A stretch of DNA of 48,306 nucleotides from NCBI GenBank assembly GCA_016939415.1, contig JAFGGZ010000054.1:1-48306 (forward strand), written 5' to 3'. A model generated the notes under the pieces. It searched no databases, was not told the DNA's origin, and worked only from the letters and a program-made list of their open reading frames with translations. The position numbers and the translations under genes are program-made. Every line of letters starts with the position of its first letter. Positions within the stretch are counted from its first letter, which is position 1. Positions 46,299-48,306 of this stretch are shown here, piece by piece. Source of the stretch: Candidatus Iainarchaeum sp. (GTDB taxonomy: Archaea > B1Sed10-29 > WALL01).

Positions 46299-47465
46299 TT
46301 AATGATTCTCTTTCTGGAGCGCGGCCAACCGCTCCATTAATAGTTGCTTCACGTGGTCGTCCTTCATGACGTACTCCATGAACTCATCAGCCTCCTTCCT
46401 CTTGTCGTCTGCCTCAAGCGCTGTTGCGAGGTCGAGCGCGCTGCCGCAACGCGAGCAATACTTGCTAGCAGGAGAATTAGCCTCCTTGCAACGTGGGCAA
46501 GCCCTAAGCACAAACCGCTCCTTCTTGCTGTCCTCGGGTGGCTTCACGCCATAAATGCCTAGCAAGGCGTCGTCCACGTCCCTACCGGACAGGTGGACGT
46601 AAATGCTCGCCATTTCAGAGGATTGCGCCCAGCCGAAGTATTCCTTCATTTGGGCTTCTGTGAGCTTGTTTGCAAGCGACGTTGCCCTCGCGTGCCTGAA
46701 ACTATGAGGATTAACCCTTTTTGTAATGCCTGCTTTCTTAGCCAGCTTTCGAAGTAGCACGTTGATTGTTGAATAATTGACGCTTGAGCCGTCCAGCGAG
46801 CAGAACAAGTGCCCCTTGCTTGTGGGGTGGTTGTCGAGCCACAACGCGATGGCCGGAGCCGCGGAAATCACGCGCACGCGGCGGTCGCCGGTCTTCCCGG
46901 TCACGCGGAGAATGCCGCCGTGCTCGTCAAACTTCACGTTCTTGACCTGCAGTGTCAGGAGTTCGCTTATTCGGCATCCGCTTTCGTAAAGCGTGAGGAC
47001 GAAGGCTTTGTCGCGCGGGTTCGTGCACGCCGTTACCAAGGCGCGGATGTCTTCCTCGGTCAGCAATTCTTCGGGCAGCTTGTGGCTCCCGTTTTTCATG
47101 CTCGTCTTGACCCACGAAACCATCACGGGGTACTCGCCGTTGTTCAGCCACTTGTAGAACGACTTCAAAATGACTTTGTAGTCGTGCTTCGTCCACTCCT
47201 TGAAACCCGTGGCCTCAAGCCACGAGAGCAGTTGAATAACGTCGCCCTTGGCTGCCTCGTTGAAGGGTTTTCCGAGTTGGGAGCCGAGCCTGCTCAGCGT
47301 GCTTAGGTATTTGAGGCAGCGCTTTTCCGAGAGGCCGCGAGCGATGGCTTCGGCGTGGAACTCGAGAATTAGCTTTTTGTTCGCCTCACACAGGTCAGGC
47401 GATTGCCTAACCCGCTCCAGGCAATTCGCCAGCTTCGTATTCGTGTTGTAAGGGTCGGTCCTCAT
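46299..47465 (-). CDS. Tyrosine recombinase/integrase with a C-terminal double zinc ribbon
   Basis: ESGCRISE, GKTG, PHSFRHARAT, FGW and IYVHL catalytic residues; CPRC...CSRC. Confidence 0.95.
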   Translation of the reverse strand: MRTDPYNTNTKLANCLERVRQSPDLCEANKKLILEFHAEAIARGLSEKRCLKYLSTLSRLGSQLGKPFNEAAKGDVIQLLSWLEATGFKEWTKHDYKVILKSFYKWLNNGEYPVMVSWVKTSMKNGSHKLPEELLTEEDIRALVTACTNPRDKAFVLTLYESGCRISELLTLQVKNVKFDEHGGILRVTGKTGDRRVRVISAAPAIALWLDNHPTSKGHLFCSLDGSSVNYSTINVLLRKLAKKAGITKRVNPHSFRHARATSLANKLTEAQMKEYFGWAQSSEMASIYVHLSGRDVDDALLGIYGVKPPEDSKKERFVLRACPRCKEANSPASKYCSRCGSALDLATALEADDKRKEADEFMEYVMKDDHVKQLLMERLAALQKENH

Positions 47466-47508
47466 GCTCCCGAGGCTCTGCTCAAACGACTATTTATAGA
47501 CTGGTGCG

Positions 47509-48306
47509 TTAATGGCTAGGCCAACTCATGATTGGTTCTTGGCGTAAGTAAAAGCCCTTCAGAACCGTTTCTGCAACTCGCTTGGGATCTTTGGAGTTCT
47601 TTTGGATTTCTTCTGCTATTGCTTTTATCCCCTTAGTAATATTCTCAATACACTCGCTTAGATGGGCGTAGTTACAGACGAGTATCGGCTGGTGATATAA
47701 TTCGTTTAACACTTGTGAGTACCTATCAAATGTTGAGGGAGTATGCAAATAGACGCAGGAAGGGATTTCCACTAACTCCTTCACCTTCCACTCATCGTCT
47801 AGTACTACTTTGGTCAAACGAGTGTTCTCATCAAAAATTAGTAATGGCACGAGTATGTTTATTGTGAGGTGGCCGGAGAGGTATGTTTTATTGATGTCTT
47901 TTAAGATGGTCTCAATTGCCTTTTTGGAATAGTACTCATCAAACTTTCCTTGCTCTTCCTTTCTAAACTGATTTGTTGCCTCGGCAAACTTCTCAAAAAG
48001 GCTATTTTGCTGTAAAAAATTGTAGTAGTCTGTTTTTACGTGGTCCATGTTCCGTTCAAGGTAGTGTGCGAGAGCTGGCATTACCTGCTCACAGGCGGGG
48101 TATATGTCATTGTCGCTTCTTTTAGGCGTATTGTTTTCTGGAGGGCGGAATACTAGTATCTTATCCGAGTATTCTGAAGTGCCTACAAGTTTGGTGCAGT
48201 TTGCTTCGGAGATTGTTTTGTTGTGCATGAAGCTGTAGAGGTAGCTGCCATTAACGAAATGGGGCAATCTTAGCATTAGGTTTCCGTGCTTTTTTTCGTC
48301 AACCTC
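47509..48306 (-). CDS. Low-GC hypothetical protein, 5' end beyond the window
   Basis: Frame is open to the window edge; AT-rich relative to the host. Confidence 0.7.
   Translation of the reverse strand, partial: EVDEKKHGNLMLRLPHFVNGSYLYSFMHNKTISEANCTKLVGTSEYSDKILVFRPPENNTPKRSDNDIYPACEQVMPALAHYLERNMDHVKTDYYNFLQQNSLFEKFAEATNQFRKEEQGKFDEYYSKKAIETILKDINKTYLSGHLTINILVPLLIFDENTRLTKVVLDDEWKVKELVEIPSCVYLHTPSTFDRYSQVLNELYHQPILVCNYAHLSECIENITKGIKAIAEEIQKNSKDPKRVAETVLKGFYLRQEPIMSWPSH

Larger units (their letters stand above)
41226..48306. mobile_element. Probable integrative/defence island (boundaries uncertain)
   Basis: Abrupt GC drop at about 41.2 kb; integrase, type IIG R-M and TA-like pair; no att site identified. 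Confidence 0.6.

Overview
Archaeal chromosomal window, probably from a DPANN-like lineage (inference). Archaeal markers are a phosphopantothenate synthetase, Dph6, a class III signal peptide, TATA boxes with GGTGA/GAGGTG ribosome-binding sites, and a tRNA with a bulge-helix-bulge intron. Positions 1-41.2 kb are host-like and rich in ion/metal transport and redox genes: two CPA2 antiporters, a P-type ATPase, three ZIP-like transporters, two MgtE domains, TrxB/glutaredoxin, CoA and ribH genes, GDH, an ABC exporter, FIST, and a DUF5320-EncFtn-DUF134-NifX-MinD/ferredoxin-radical SAM-CcdA operon. Positions 41.2-48.3 kb look like a defence/mobile island: a YwgA/Panacea-like gene plus PIN gene, a type IIG R-M fusion, a tyrosine integrase and a low-GC partial ORF. 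The most unusual observations are: (1) a tandemly duplicated unit at 21.5-22.1 kb (TATA box, structured leader, 8-aa Lys-rich peptide, then an Asp-rich WDDTDD peptide); (2) two hydrogenase-free DUF6390-like/HypC-like modules tied to transporters; (3) a zinc-ribbon gene enclosed by long-range 5'/3' UTR pairing; (4) a single base that removes both the antitoxin stop and the PIN start; (5) a D-loop tRNA intron; (6) a catalytically degenerate FeS photolyase near an isolated ribH; (7) a defensin-like six-Cys motif. All family calls come from motif recognition by eye, not database searches.
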